Source of the DNA: Escherichia coli
Lineage (GTDB): Bacteria > Pseudomonadota > Gammaproteobacteria > Enterobacterales > Enterobacteriaceae
Assembly: GCF_030384885.1 (NCBI RefSeq)
Contig: NZ_CP128613.1
DNA length: 64,000 nt
Direction: 5' to 3' (one strand)
Each line of letters starts with the position of its first letter. The first letter of the stretch is position 1. Below are positions 1 to 10,726 of this stretch, in pieces. The notes under the pieces were generated by a model. It worked only from the letters and a program-made list of their open reading frames with translations, ran no database searches and was not told the DNA's origin. The translations under genes and the position numbers were made by a program.

Positions 1-12
1 ACATTAGTCACA

Positions 13-828
13 ATGACTATGCAGGATCACGCAACATTAAAAGAAATAAAAGATTTAGCGAAGAACATAACACAGCGATACGGTACGCCGGATCTTTGTA
101 TAGAGGCGATGCGTAAAAAGAACCTGAAAACGATGTTATTTATCAGTCAGTTGAAAGCAAAAACGAATTTTCAGGTTGTCGGTTTAACCATGAAGTGCTA
201 TTCCCCTTTGTGTAAGAACGCGTCCCGGATGGATCAGAATCTCAGGGCTCCCGTACCCATGACATGGGCGTTTATGATGCGTGAAGCGGGTTTTCCTGCA
301 GTCAGGCCAATATATGAATTACCATTAAGCGAGCAGGTAATAAATGAAGTACGTGAGGAATTGTGCACTTTAGGATCTTACATTGCGCTTAATTTAGATG
401 GCAGCGTGCAGGAACGCACATTTTCGTTATCAGTAGCTGAGAAACTCATCGCCAAAATTCAAAGTGATAATGATATGCCAATAGTCATTGTTCATGGACC
501 AAAAGGGGAAGATAAAGCCCGGAAATTAGCGGGTTGTTATAATAATGTCTACCGGCTATCCTTATCACCCTCGATTAAACGTTCAGCAGCAATCATAAAA
601 GATGCTTATATCGCAATAACCCCTGATACCTCAATATTACATATGGCAAGTGCCTATAATACCCCCGTCGTTGCAATTTATGCTGATTACAAAACGCGGT
701 GGCCTGCGATGGCAGATATCTCGGAGTCAGTGGTCGTTGGGCAAAAAATTGATCATATAAGTTTGGATGAATTCGGAAAGGCGCTAAAAAGTGCTTTGGA
801 GAGAGTATGTGCCAGTACTTACGTATAG
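13..828 (+). CDS. yeeL: Glycosyltransferase family 9 (heptosyltransferase-like) protein, YeeL homologue. The frame is open back to position 1, so the true 5' end may lie outside the window.
   Basis: 271-aa ORF. The C-terminal half shows a GT9-type pattern (GSYIALNLDGS ... ITPDTSILHMASAYNTPVVAIY). It lies tail-to-tail with yeeJ, as I recall for K-12. Confidence 0.55.
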   Translation: MTMQDHATLKEIKDLAKNITQRYGTPDLCIEAMRKKNLKTMLFISQLKAKTNFQVVGLTMKCYSPLCKNASRMDQNLRAPVPMTWAFMMREAGFPAVRPIYELPLSEQVINEVREELCTLGSYIALNLDGSVQERTFSLSVAEKLIAKIQSDNDMPIVIVHGPKGEDKARKLAGCYNNVYRLSLSPSIKRSAAIIKDAYIAITPDTSILHMASAYNTPVVAIYADYKTRWPAMADISESVVVGQKIDHISLDEFGKALKSALERVCASTYV

Positions 829-1207
829 AAGGTAATGCCGATCTATGCTGAACAGGGGACATTAATACCCTGAGGTTGGTCAATCACCACAAAAAAAACC
901 TTTGAATCAAAGCAATACTCACCGAATAATAAGGCAACCTGAACTTAAATCCCCGTTAACTGGCATACATTATTATGACTTGCACTGATGTAATTAGCTA
1001 AATATTATCGTGATTTGACTAAATAGCAAAAATGATAGCTATCAAAAATAGCTCATATACTTTGTTTCCCGCTGCCGTAGAATAGATGGTCCTTCCATGT
1101 TTCAAGCATTTATTCAAAAAAAAGGGGGCTCGACTGTCTTACGATAAACAGAGAGGGATTGTAAAGTCGAGTGCCCCTAATGGAGCACTCTATAAAAAAA
1201 TCAACAA

Positions 1208-4200
1208 TCAAATGTTTTTATAACATGTCACATGAGAAAATCCAAGTTTTGCCATTACGCTTTGCTCACCTGTTGCCAGGGAAATTTCGTATTGTTCATT
1301 GGAGTTTGCGGGACTAGATGACCAATACATATCTGAATAAAAATCGGCTTCATTCATGTAATGCCCCATATCTCCCCATTCACTGTACAATGTCCCTATA
1401 CCTCGGGAACGACCCTGGCTTAAAAGGCTTGCACGGGGAAGCATGTAGCCATTGCTACTGCAAAAATTTTCAGCAAGGCTGTATATCATGAAAGAATCGC
1501 CGGAGTTTACCCACCAACTCTTCACCCGGATTTCGTATATATAGCCAGGGCCTCCTGATTTTGGCGTCGCTGTAATCGTTACCCAACTGCTTCCGACATT
1601 TTTAAATGTCACTTTACCGGTAGCGTCAACATCGACCCAGGAGGCAGAGCTTGAAAACTCATAATCAGCCGCCGTTTTGCCCGGGGAAAAGTTGTCATTA
1701 TTCAACTGATAATAAGCCCCAGTGAACCCCTGCGAAGGGAATGTAGTTGTCGGTAGGTTAGCACCATTGACTAACACGGTACCGCTCATTATTTTGTCTT
1801 CTGCGCGAGTGAATTGTATTGTGGTACTCAGACCCGCTTGATGAACACCATTCAATACAGGGATCAGCGTTGCGATACCCTCTCCGCCTCCTATAACAGT
1901 GGCTTTGTAATCACCGTTGATATTTTGACTGTAATCAATTGCGCTAATTTTCACATAGGGCACGTTAGTACCTGATTGCACAAATTCCATCCCTTCAGAA
2001 ACTTTGATCGGATTGCCTGATATATCGTGCAAAACAAGATGTAGCTCAGCACTATCGGTATAGTCCCCTTTTAGTGATGACCGATTGTTCTTAAGGACGG
2101 ACTGCGAGGCGTCTGCCGGGCCTGCCACCAGCGTTATATTAGCTGTTTGCGTTGCACCTGTGCTCGTTCCTGCACTAACAGTTACGCTCCCAGTTCGCGC
2201 ACTTTTCAAGGTGGTTGTCGCAAATCCGTGTTGATCGGTCACCGCTGTTAATGACCCTAATGTGGCAGAGCCACTTTTTAATGCGAAGTTCACATTGACG
2301 CCTTCGACTTGGTTACCACTGCCGTCCTCAACAGTAGCCTTCAGCGTGCTGATATCGCTGTCGTTGGCAGTGATAGTTGACGGATCAGCGCTCAGGCTGA
2401 CCACATGGGCTGTGCTTTGGTTGCCAGTAACTTTCACGATTGTCTGCGCCTGAATAATTACGCCACTAGTGATAGATGCTGTAACCGTATACGTACCGAC
2501 TTTATTGCTGGTCAGAACGACTTGTGCCTCCCCGGAAGGATTGGTTTTCATTGTTTCGCTACTTAACGTTGCATCTTCTGGCGTTACGCTAAAGGTAACG
2601 AGTTCATTGTTCACTGGGGCCCCATTTGGATTGGTTAGCCTTACTGTCAGAGTTGAACCTAATGGGTCATTGATGCCGATAAGTGGACTTGATGCTGTGA
2701 GTGTCAGTTTTAAATCGATTACCACCAGGTCCTTCTCATAAGAGGAGCCATTCGCCAGGGATGCTTGCACAGTATACGAACCGTATCTATTGGGCGTCAT
2801 GGTGACCTCGGCTATACCCTGTGTATTCGTAGAGACCGTATCCTGACTAATGACCATGTTAAAAAATGACGGCTCTGCACTGAATGTCACAAGCTGTTCA
2901 GAAACTGGATTGCCAAACTGGTCGTCGACGTGCGCTTTAACCGCCAGGGGGGTTGCGACCATAACCTGACCTTCAGGCATTTCCAGACTGGTGATCGTCG
3001 CAGAATCAGCATCTGCTTTGACAGTCAACGTTTGCATGATGGTATCTGTAGGTGCATTTGCCAGATTAGCCACAACAATTTTCGTCCCTGCAATGGTGCT
3101 TGTTACAAGAATTTCTGCCTTACCCTGAGCATCTGTTTCAGCGGTGGTGTTACTCAGCGTGGCGGATAAGCCGCGGAAATTGACCTTGATGCCTTCTAAT
3201 GGATTGTCATAAGCGTCAGTGACACTTGCCGTCAGGGTCGCACCCTCGGTTGTGCTGGCGATTAATGAGCTTGATGATGCGGTAAAATCAGCCAGTTTAG
3301 CGGTACTCGCATCGGCAAGCAAAGTCACCGGCCTCGTATCACTGACACCATAACTGTCCACGCTGACCGTCACGGGATAGGTGCCGGACTTCGTACCGCT
3401 TAGTGTAACTTCCGCCTTGCCGTTGATGTCAGTAATGGCGGAACCGCCTTCTCCAAGAGTGAAGCTTGCACTCACATCTGCCGGTAGTGTGAATGTCACC
3501 GGCTCATTGGCTAACGGGTTGCCGTGTCCATCAGTCACCGTTGCCTGAAGTTGGGTCATCCCAACGTTATTGGCGATAAAGTTGTTCTCGGTAACGTTCA
3601 GATTAACCTGCGCTGTGAGCGTATCCGCAATAAAGTTCACCACCAACTGCTCACTCTTACCGCCAGCCATCGCTGCTGTCACGGTATGTGCTCCTGCTTT
3701 TGTACCTTTCAGTGTGACTTTCGCTTTGCCTTCAGCATCAGTAACCGCTTTACCGCCATCGCTCAGCGTGAAGTTTGCCCTCACATCTTCCGGGAGAGTA
3801 AATGTTACTTCAGTGTTGGCTATCGCATTGCCCTCTGTATCTGCGACTGTTGCTGTTAATGTCGTGAGATCGTTATTGTCGGCAATCACCGGATCTTTTG
3901 AGGCTCCCAGCGTGATTTCAGCATTCGCCACGTTCGGCACATAGGTCACTGTTTGTTGTATCGAATCGCCATTGTCGAGCGTTGCCGTCACTTGATAAAC
4001 CCCGGCTTTTGTAGCGGTAAAGCTTGCGTAAAAATGGCCGTAGGAGTTGGTAGTATATATAGCGTTATTACTGGGGGTCACACCTTCACTTGGCGAAACG
4101 CTGATGGTCACCTTATGTTGGGGTACACCGTTTCCGTAATTATCGTTTACCACAACATACAGATCGGTCGTGTTGCCTGCGGAGACTGTATCAGTAAGTG

Positions 4201-5281
4201 CTTGTAACAAGGTGATATGTGCCGTAGACGCATCAGCGTTGACATTAATTGATGTGCTAAGCGTGGAGCTACCATTTTCCAGACTGGCCTCAACGGTATC
4301 CGGCCTCCCTCCTGATTCTGCCGAGGAACGGGTATTGGTATAAGTGACGGTTGCCTTACCCTGTTCGTTCGTTACGGCTTGGCCGCCATTCGTCATTTCA
4401 GCAGAGTTTGTACTGCTGGTGAAACTCACAGTTACACCTTTCACCGGAAAGCTATTATTATCAACGACTGTCGCGGTGATGACGCTGCCGGTGCTATTCT
4501 GCGGGGTACCAGCGATTATGCTGTTTGGGACAGACGTCAACCCAATAATTTTTGCCGCAGCTGTGTCGCCAATAAAGTGCACAGTTTTGTGGTCGCTGGC
4601 ACCATTATTAGCAAGTGATACAGTGACCGTCTGCTCACCAAAGGCAACGCCTACGAGAGTGGCCTGCGCGATGCCAGACTCATTGGTATTACTCTCCCCT
4701 GGGGTGAGGGTGAGGCCTGAAGAGGCTGAGCTGAATGTTACCGGAAGATTGTTCACCTCATTGTCGAACTGGTCTTTAACCGTTGCAGTTAACGTTGCAC
4801 TATCGACGCCATTACCCGTGATCTCATCTTTTGACATCTGCAGGGCAACCTGAGCCGAGGTTTTGTCTGCCACAAATGTTACCGGCTGCGATTCACTGGC
4901 ATTGTTATTAATCAGCGTCGCGGTAACTGTATGCGTGCCCGCTTTTTTACCTTTGAGGGTGACATGCGCTTCCCCATTGGCTTGGGTGACGGTAATACCG
5001 TTATTTTCAAGGGTAAAGTTTGCCGCGACGTCTTGTGGCATGGTGAAATTCACCGCTATCCCCGCCACCGGATGATTCGACGGATCTTTCACTGTAGCTG
5101 TCAGCTGCACACTGTCGCTGTTATTCGTCACCACCTGGTGAGCAGGAATGTTCAGCGTGAGCCGCGCGTTGCTGGCATCGGGAGCAATATTGACTGTCTT
5201 CGAATCGCTATTGCCGTTAGGCAGAGTGGCTTCGGCTGTATGAACACCCAATACCGCGCCTTTTAGGGTAACTTCAGCAAA
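1208..5281 (-). pseudogene. yeeJ: yeeJ, 5'-truncated inverse-autotransporter (intimin/invasin family) adhesin. Only about 1350 C-terminal codons remain (Big-domain repeats plus a C-terminal domain); there is no signal peptide or beta-barrel part.
   Basis: 1347-aa ORF built of roughly 100-aa repeats, each with a G(K/E)A.VTLKG.KAG.H.VTA motif. Repeat-type sequence (FAEVTLKGAVLGVHTAEATL) continues upstream of the first possible start to about 5281 and then ends at an in-frame stop (5294-5296). Confidence 0.8.
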
Positions 5282-5286
5282 CCGCC

Positions 5287-5535
5287 ATGGCAGCTAATAT
5301 GCTGGGTGTTGACGTCATTAATCTCGCTAATGAAGGTTGTTTGTGCCTGTTTGTTGAACCTGAGTATGCTCAGAAGGTACTACATTTGCTGCAGGAGCAT
5401 CCTGTCGGCAAGCACGCGACAATTATCGGCGAGATCACCGCTGTCTCGGGTACTGAAGTCTATATGATTGAAGCTGATGGAACACACACAGAAGTCGAGG
5501 AATTATATGGCGCAGAATTACCCAGACTCTGTTGA
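5287..5535 (+). pseudogene. hypE-like fragment (last ~80 codons of a HypE-type carbamoyl dehydratase).
   Basis: By eye the 82-aa ORF matches the extreme C terminus of HypE, including the terminal ...AELPRLC (HypE ends in PRIC with the modified Cys). An in-frame stop lies at 5269-5271 and nothing HypE-like is upstream. Its stop overlaps the hypF-like start. Confidence 0.65.
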
Positions 5536-7885
5536 GCTTCACGAGACGCCGGAAACCCGGCGTTACCGCATCTGTGGGGTCGTTCAGGGCGTTGGATTTC
5601 GTCCCTTTGTTCACCGACTGGCCCGCACCTATGGTGCCACCGGCTGGGTGTTAAACGATTCAGAAGGCGTGTTGCTTGAGCTGCAGGCATCCGGCACGGT
5701 TATTGCCAGAATCATGGACAAACTGGTGACCGAGGCACCACCACTGGCAAAAATCATCAGTACGCAGGAAGTTAGCCCAACGGATACCAGAGCGCACTAT
5801 GAAACGTTCAGCATCCGTAAAAGCCGCGATCATACCAGCATGGACACGATTATCCCGCCAGATACCAACGTCTGCAGCGATTGCCTGCGCGAGATAAGCG
5901 ATCCTGATAATCATCGTTATCGTTACGCTTTCACCAATTGCACCAATTGTGGGCCGCGCTATTCCATTATTCTTGGTATGCCTTACGATCGTGCCCAGAG
6001 CACTATGCGTAAATTCCCTTTATGTCCAACCTGTGAGCGTGAATACAACGATATTGAGGATCGACGCTATCATGCCCAGCCCAATGCCTGCCCAGTTTGC
6101 GGCCCACAGTTGCAACTTACCGATCGACAGGGCACATCCGTTCACACAGATGATATTGTCAAATTTGCCATTACGAAACTAAAAGAAGGCGGAATTCTTG
6201 CAATAAAGAGCCTTGGTGGCTTTCATCTCGTGGCCGATGCTTGCAATGAGAATGCTGTCAATGAACTTCGGCAACGCAAGCGAAGAGACGCCAAACCTTT
6301 TGCAGTGATGGTCGCGGATGTGGAAAGCGCGTCGCGTATTGCTTTCATCCCCCCCTGTAATCACAAATTGCTGGAAAGCCCGCAGCGTCCCATTGTCTTG
6401 TTGTATAAGCGCAACGTCCTGCTGGCGAGTACCGTTGCGCCACATAATCCGAACATCGGTGTAATGCTGCCTTCAACGCCGCTTCAGCATTTATTGCTGG
6501 AAGACCCGTCTCTGCCGATCCTGATTATGACCAGCGGTAATATTTCCGGTCATCCGATCGTCTTTGACAACGACATGGCAATTAAGCAACTCGGGAAAAT
6601 CGCGGATTACTTCATTCTGAATAATCGCGATATTCATACGCGTGTTGACGATTCGGTGGTCCGCACGGTGTTTCGCAACGACGCCATTACCTCGCAGCTA
6701 TCGTTTTTGCGCCGCTCCCGCGGTTACGCGCCATACCCTATTCATCTACCTTACGCAGTGGATTCCGTTATCGCGCTCGGGGCGGAGCTAAAAAACACGA
6801 TCAGCATCGGCAAAGGAAAACAGGTTTTTCTGAGCCAGCATATTGGCGATCTTAAGAATAACGTGACTTTTAAATCACATATCGAATGTATTGATCATCT
6901 TCAAAACCTGCTGAACGTGAAGGCAAATGTCGTGGCCTGCGATTTGCATCCCTCTTTCCGCTCTACCCGGCATGCGCTGGAGAATTTAGAGCATCAGGTT
7001 GTTCAGGTTCAACACCATCACGCGCATATGGCATCCTGCATGGCGGAAAATGGCCTGTCAGGTACTACTCTAGGCGTAATTTTTGACGGTACAGGATATG
7101 GCACCGACGGCACCATTTGGGGCGGTGAGTTTCTCGTTGGTGATTTCGAAAAATTCGAGCGTGCAGGATGCTTGCGTTCAATGACCCTGCCCGGAGGCGA
7201 TCGGGCAGTTAAAGAGCCGCTGCGCGTCGGCATCTCCTTACTGGTGGAAACCTTCGGCGAAGATATCAGTACGCTCGCAGTACCAGGCTTGCAGGCGCTC
7301 CAGCCTCAGCAGCGCGATATATTCAGTAAAATGGCGACCAGAAAAATCAACACCACCACGACCAGCAGCATGGGCAGACTATTTGACGGCATCGCCGCGC
7401 TGATGGGCGTTTGCACTCAGGTGGAGTACGAAGCCCAGGCGGCCATTGAACTGGAAGCGCTGCTGCAGTGTAAACTTCATATGACGGCTCCGTTCAGCTA
7501 CATCATTGCCGATGTCGAGAATAAGCTCGAGGTGGATTATCGCCCGATGATAAGGGAACTGGTGCAATGCTTCAGCCAGCCCGGTTTTGATATGGCCGAA
7601 CTAAGTCGGCGCTTTCACTCTACCATCGTCGACATGATTTGCGAGGTCTGTAAACGTCTGGTGGCACGCTCAGGCACGCAACAAATTGTCCTGAGCGGCG
7701 GCGTGTTCTGCAATGAATTCATCCTCGTTAATTCTCTTAACAGTCTGGAGTCTTGTGGATTCCGGCCTTACAGCCATCAGTTAGTTCCGACTAACGATGG
7801 TGGTATTTCATTGGGGCAAGTGGTTATTGCTACCGCATACACTCGCGCAACGCGCAATAAAAATCTGGAGAGAGAAAATGCATAG
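5507..7885 (+). CDS. HypF-like carbamoyltransferase (acylphosphatase domain, two Zn-finger pairs, YrdC-like and Kae1-like domains).
   Basis: YRICGVVQGVGFRPFVHRLA (acylphosphatase). CSDCLREISDPDNHRYRYAFTNCTNCGPRYSI and CPTCEREYNDIEDRRYHAQPNACPVCGP (4x CxxC). Later HHHAHMASC and GGV motifs. The ATG at 5507 overlaps the hypE' stop. Confidence 0.85.
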   Translation: MAQNYPDSVELHETPETRRYRICGVVQGVGFRPFVHRLARTYGATGWVLNDSEGVLLELQASGTVIARIMDKLVTEAPPLAKIISTQEVSPTDTRAHYETFSIRKSRDHTSMDTIIPPDTNVCSDCLREISDPDNHRYRYAFTNCTNCGPRYSIILGMPYDRAQSTMRKFPLCPTCEREYNDIEDRRYHAQPNACPVCGPQLQLTDRQGTSVHTDDIVKFAITKLKEGGILAIKSLGGFHLVADACNENAVNELRQRKRRDAKPFAVMVADVESASRIAFIPPCNHKLLESPQRPIVLLYKRNVLLASTVAPHNPNIGVMLPSTPLQHLLLEDPSLPILIMTSGNISGHPIVFDNDMAIKQLGKIADYFILNNRDIHTRVDDSVVRTVFRNDAITSQLSFLRRSRGYAPYPIHLPYAVDSVIALGAELKNTISIGKGKQVFLSQHIGDLKNNVTFKSHIECIDHLQNLLNVKANVVACDLHPSFRSTRHALENLEHQVVQVQHHHAHMASCMAENGLSGTTLGVIFDGTGYGTDGTIWGGEFLVGDFEKFERAGCLRSMTLPGGDRAVKEPLRVGISLLVETFGEDISTLAVPGLQALQPQQRDIFSKMATRKINTTTTSSMGRLFDGIAALMGVCTQVEYEAQAAIELEALLQCKLHMTAPFSYIIADVENKLEVDYRPMIRELVQCFSQPGFDMAELSRRFHSTIVDMICEVCKRLVARSGTQQIVLSGGVFCNEFILVNSLNSLESCGFRPYSHQLVPTNDGGISLGQVVIATAYTRATRNKNLERENA

Positions 7886-8618
7886 TTCTGCGAACCGTAT
7901 TGCCGCTGTTTTATTCGATATGGATGGTGTCCTTATTGATTCCAATGCGGTGATTGAGCGCGGCTGGGCTGAAGGCGCACAGATGTTTGGCAAGACGCTA
8001 ACGGAAGAGGATATCGTCAGGCATATTCACGGACAGCCCGGCCCGCATACCATTCGCGCCCTGTTCAGCGACCTTTCCCTGGAAGATCAAAAGAAGGTCC
8101 AGTCACATATCATCCACGTTGAAAATACCGCTGATTACGACCCGATCCCTGGAGTTAGCGAACTTATCCAGGCGTTGCATAAGGCTGGCATCAGTGTGGG
8201 GATTGTCACTAGCGGCTGGCGGTCGAAAATCGATCGTATTATGGAGATGCTGCAAATCACGCCCTGTATTTCAGTGATTGTCGAACGTGATGATGTCGTG
8301 CGCGGCAAGCCTTATCCCGATCCTTATCTGCTTGCCGCAGAGCGGTTTCATCTTGCACCGTCCAGAACACTGGTCTTTGAGGATTCAAGAAGCGGCGTAA
8401 CATCTGCTGTTACAGCAGGCGCAATTTGTGTTGGCATCGGTACAGACAGTCTGAAAGAGTGCGGTGCCGTGCTTGCAATTACAGATTTTCGTAATGTGAA
8501 AATCACCTCACAGACAGGCGAAAAAGTAGTGATTGCCTTTACTCCAGAGCACCAGATGGAGATGGAAACTCAGAGCTCTCGTAAGAAAACATCCTGTACC
8601 ACAAGAGAAGAGTGCTAA
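7878..8618 (+). CDS. HAD-superfamily hydrolase (beta-phosphoglucomutase/phosphatase-like).
   Basis: N-terminal AAVLFDMDGVLIDS (DxDG motif I), VTSG (motif II), FEDSRSGVTSAVTAGA (motif IV). The start overlaps the hypF-like stop by 8 nt. Confidence 0.75.
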   Translation: MHSSANRIAAVLFDMDGVLIDSNAVIERGWAEGAQMFGKTLTEEDIVRHIHGQPGPHTIRALFSDLSLEDQKKVQSHIIHVENTADYDPIPGVSELIQALHKAGISVGIVTSGWRSKIDRIMEMLQITPCISVIVERDDVVRGKPYPDPYLLAAERFHLAPSRTLVFEDSRSGVTSAVTAGAICVGIGTDSLKECGAVLAITDFRNVKITSQTGEKVVIAFTPEHQMEMETQSSRKKTSCTTREEC

Positions 8619-9811
8619 TGAATATCACACAGAAGGGACGCTGGGCTGTCACTATGCTATTTTTTATCAATGGCTTCGTCACCGGAGGTTGGGCTGTGCA
8701 AATTGCACAGCTTGTACCACGCTTTGGCGTGACCGACAAAGTGATCGGCCATTTAATTCTGATCTTCGGATTCGGTGCACTAACCATGATGCCCATATCA
8801 GGCATTCTGATGGAAAAGATGGGGACACAAATCGTAACGCGTATTTTTGCCCTTGCAGCCTCCCTGGCATTAATTCCGGTTGGTTTAGCCACCACCCCAT
8901 TAGTGTTGATGCCAGCGTTATTTGTTCTTGGTGCGATGATTGGTGCCATGAATGTAGCGATGAACTCGAATGCCGTGGCGGTGGAGAGATCACTCTCACA
9001 AGCGATTTTATCCTCCTGCCATTGCTTCTGGAGTATCGGCCTATTTGCGGCGGGCTCGATAGGCGGCCATCTTGTTGAACAATTTGGCTTTTTGACGCAT
9101 ATCTTTTTGATTAGTGCCGTGGCCTTAATACTGACGCTGATTATCGCTCCGGCCATTTTTAAAGACATACAGACGGTTAAATCCACCAGCAGACAGACCA
9201 CCCGGTTGCCTCGTTCTCCGGCGATTTATCTGATTGGATTGATGGCTTTTCTGGCCATGATCCCTGAATGCGCTGTTGTTGACTGGTCGTCACGCTATTT
9301 GATTAAAAATCTCAATGCAAAAACAGAAATCGCCAGCCTTGCCTTCGCCTGCTTTGCTGTAGCAATGGCCTTGTTTCGCTTTATGGGTGACGTGATCCGC
9401 AACCGCTTCGGCGCAATATTAATTATACGAGTCTCCAGCTTACTGGCAGGCGCTAGCCTATTGTTGAGCGCACTGGCACACAATCCCTGGCAGGCGATCT
9501 GCGCATTTACCTTAGCGGGAATCGGCATCGCCAACCTTGTGCCCATTGTCTTTTCCGCAGCGGGAAATCAGCCCAATATTTCCACCAACACAGGAATGAG
9601 CATTGCCACAACCATTGGGTATTTAGGCACGCTAATGGCCCCTGCGCCTATTGGCTATATTGCGGAAATAACCGGTTTTCCAGTGGTTTATTGCGGACTA
9701 GCTTTCATGTCGGGAATTATCTTTTTGCTGGCACCACTGGTTCGGGGGGCAGAAATCTCTGTACAGCGGCAGCGAGCCTCAAACAAACACCAGAATACCG
9801 GAGCGTTGTAA
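8618..9811 (+). CDS. MFS-type transporter (about 12 predicted hydrophobic segments).
   Basis: 397-aa highly hydrophobic ORF. Its ATG overlaps the HAD stop (TAATG), implying translational coupling. Confidence 0.65.
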   Translation: MNITQKGRWAVTMLFFINGFVTGGWAVQIAQLVPRFGVTDKVIGHLILIFGFGALTMMPISGILMEKMGTQIVTRIFALAASLALIPVGLATTPLVLMPALFVLGAMIGAMNVAMNSNAVAVERSLSQAILSSCHCFWSIGLFAAGSIGGHLVEQFGFLTHIFLISAVALILTLIIAPAIFKDIQTVKSTSRQTTRLPRSPAIYLIGLMAFLAMIPECAVVDWSSRYLIKNLNAKTEIASLAFACFAVAMALFRFMGDVIRNRFGAILIIRVSSLLAGASLLLSALAHNPWQAICAFTLAGIGIANLVPIVFSAAGNQPNISTNTGMSIATTIGYLGTLMAPAPIGYIAEITGFPVVYCGLAFMSGIIFLLAPLVRGAEISVQRQRASNKHQNTGAL

Positions 9812-10262
9812 TTTCTGCCTGGCAAATACTGTGAAACGCTGACGCAAATTTTACTTTCCTGCGTATTGTCATCACAGGCCGTACAGACAGTGCGCGGTCT
9901 GTTGGCGGATCTGCCTGGTATTTTGCCGATGAACTGAGGGCGTCCTGCGGGATACGTATCGCCAGGGGCGTGAAACTAATTGATGAGGTGGCGGCATGAT
10001 GCCGGCGGACTAGCATATCTGCCTTTCGCCGCCTGACATGTCCTTTGGGGCCGCTGTCAGTTCAGAGTAAAGGAGAAAAAGATCGATACCGAGGGGGGGC
10101 ACGACGCCCCGGAGACACCCCTGTTTCGTCAGACAGTCTGTACCGCGTACAGCCTGAAACTCCCTAAACCTCAACAAACTGCCACTTCGACGTGAAGGTA
10201 TCGTTCTGGCGCAGCCAAAAAGCACATGCCGGAGACTGTTTTTTAGGTTGTAGAGGGTAGTC

Positions 10263-10400
10263 ATGAGCAAATTAAGTAGTGAAATGAAGGCCCTGACGAA
10301 GAAAGCAGGCGGCAGCTTCAAAACGGTAAATGACCGTATCCATATTACAAAACGGTTCAGTGAGCATTTACGCGAACTGAACATCCAGATCCGGCGGGTA
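10263..10400 (+). pseudogene. N-terminal fragment (~46 codons) of a second, different phage-type integrase.
   Basis: MSKLSSEMKALTKKAGGSFKTVNDRIHITKRFSEHLRELNIQIR resembles the N-terminal domain of an enterobacterial integrase family I remember. Similarity is lost at about 10400, where the P4-type fragment begins on the other strand. Confidence 0.35.
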
Positions 10401-10565
10401 TGCGCCAAGACTGACTCTGGATTCTTTTCCGTTGAAACGATATTTGAGATACCAGATGCGTGAACCGCCCGGATTGACGAGCAGATACAGACCGTGAGAG
10501 TCGGAGAGTTTTACCGGACGGGAAGAGGTTTTTAACTTGCGGATTTTAGAATCGTTTAAAGACAT
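10395..10565 (-). pseudogene. P4-type tyrosine integrase, N-terminal 57-codon fragment.
   Basis: MSLNDSKIRKLKTSSRPVKLSDSHGLYLLVNPGGSRIWYLKYRFNGKESRVSLGAYP is the classic DUF4102/P4-integrase N terminus. It is adjacent to the tRNA-Asn 3' end and transcribed away from it. The rest of the gene is absent. Confidence 0.7.
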
Positions 10566-10726
10566 TTGGGGGTCACTCCAGAATCGAACCAAACTGACCC
10601 CAGATCTGACCACCAAATTATCCCGATGCGGAGAGAAAACCAGATACGCACCGGGGAGGATTTTCACGCTAACTTACTGAACCGTAAACAAATAGAGATG
10701 TACAGATAAGCATGAAAACTTGAATT

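Larger units (their letters stand above)
5287..10726. mobile_element. Decayed remnant of a genomic island attached to the 3' end of tRNA-Asn (asnT). Its left part is deleted together with the 5' part of yeeJ.
   Basis: A P4-type integrase N-terminal fragment sits directly beside the tRNA 3' end. The cargo (hypE'/hypF-like/HAD/MFS) is not core to this region as I remember K-12. The junction with truncated yeeJ at about 5281-5290 is abrupt. Confidence 0.5.

Noticed and set aside
2262-5266. About a dozen plus-strand ORFs (63-169 aa) inside the yeeJ region.
   Set aside because: All are antisense to the long, repeat-rich yeeJ reading frame. They have no RBS or family signal, and their low-complexity translations mirror the Big-repeat codons. 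They are ORF-track artefacts.
8533-9546. ORFs 8533..9078 (+), 8539..9201 (-), 8679..8999 (-) and 9295..9546 (-) overlapping the MFS transporter gene.
   Set aside because: They are alternative-frame or antisense ORFs within a hydrophobic-protein gene. The MFS frame is much longer, is translationally coupled to the upstream gene and gives a coherent multi-TM protein.
9717-10408. Minus-strand ORFs of 99 and 132 aa in the region between the MFS gene and the integrase fragments.
   Set aside because: They have no recognisable family and alternative start codons, and they run across the junction of two unrelated integrase fragments. They are most likely non-coding island debris.
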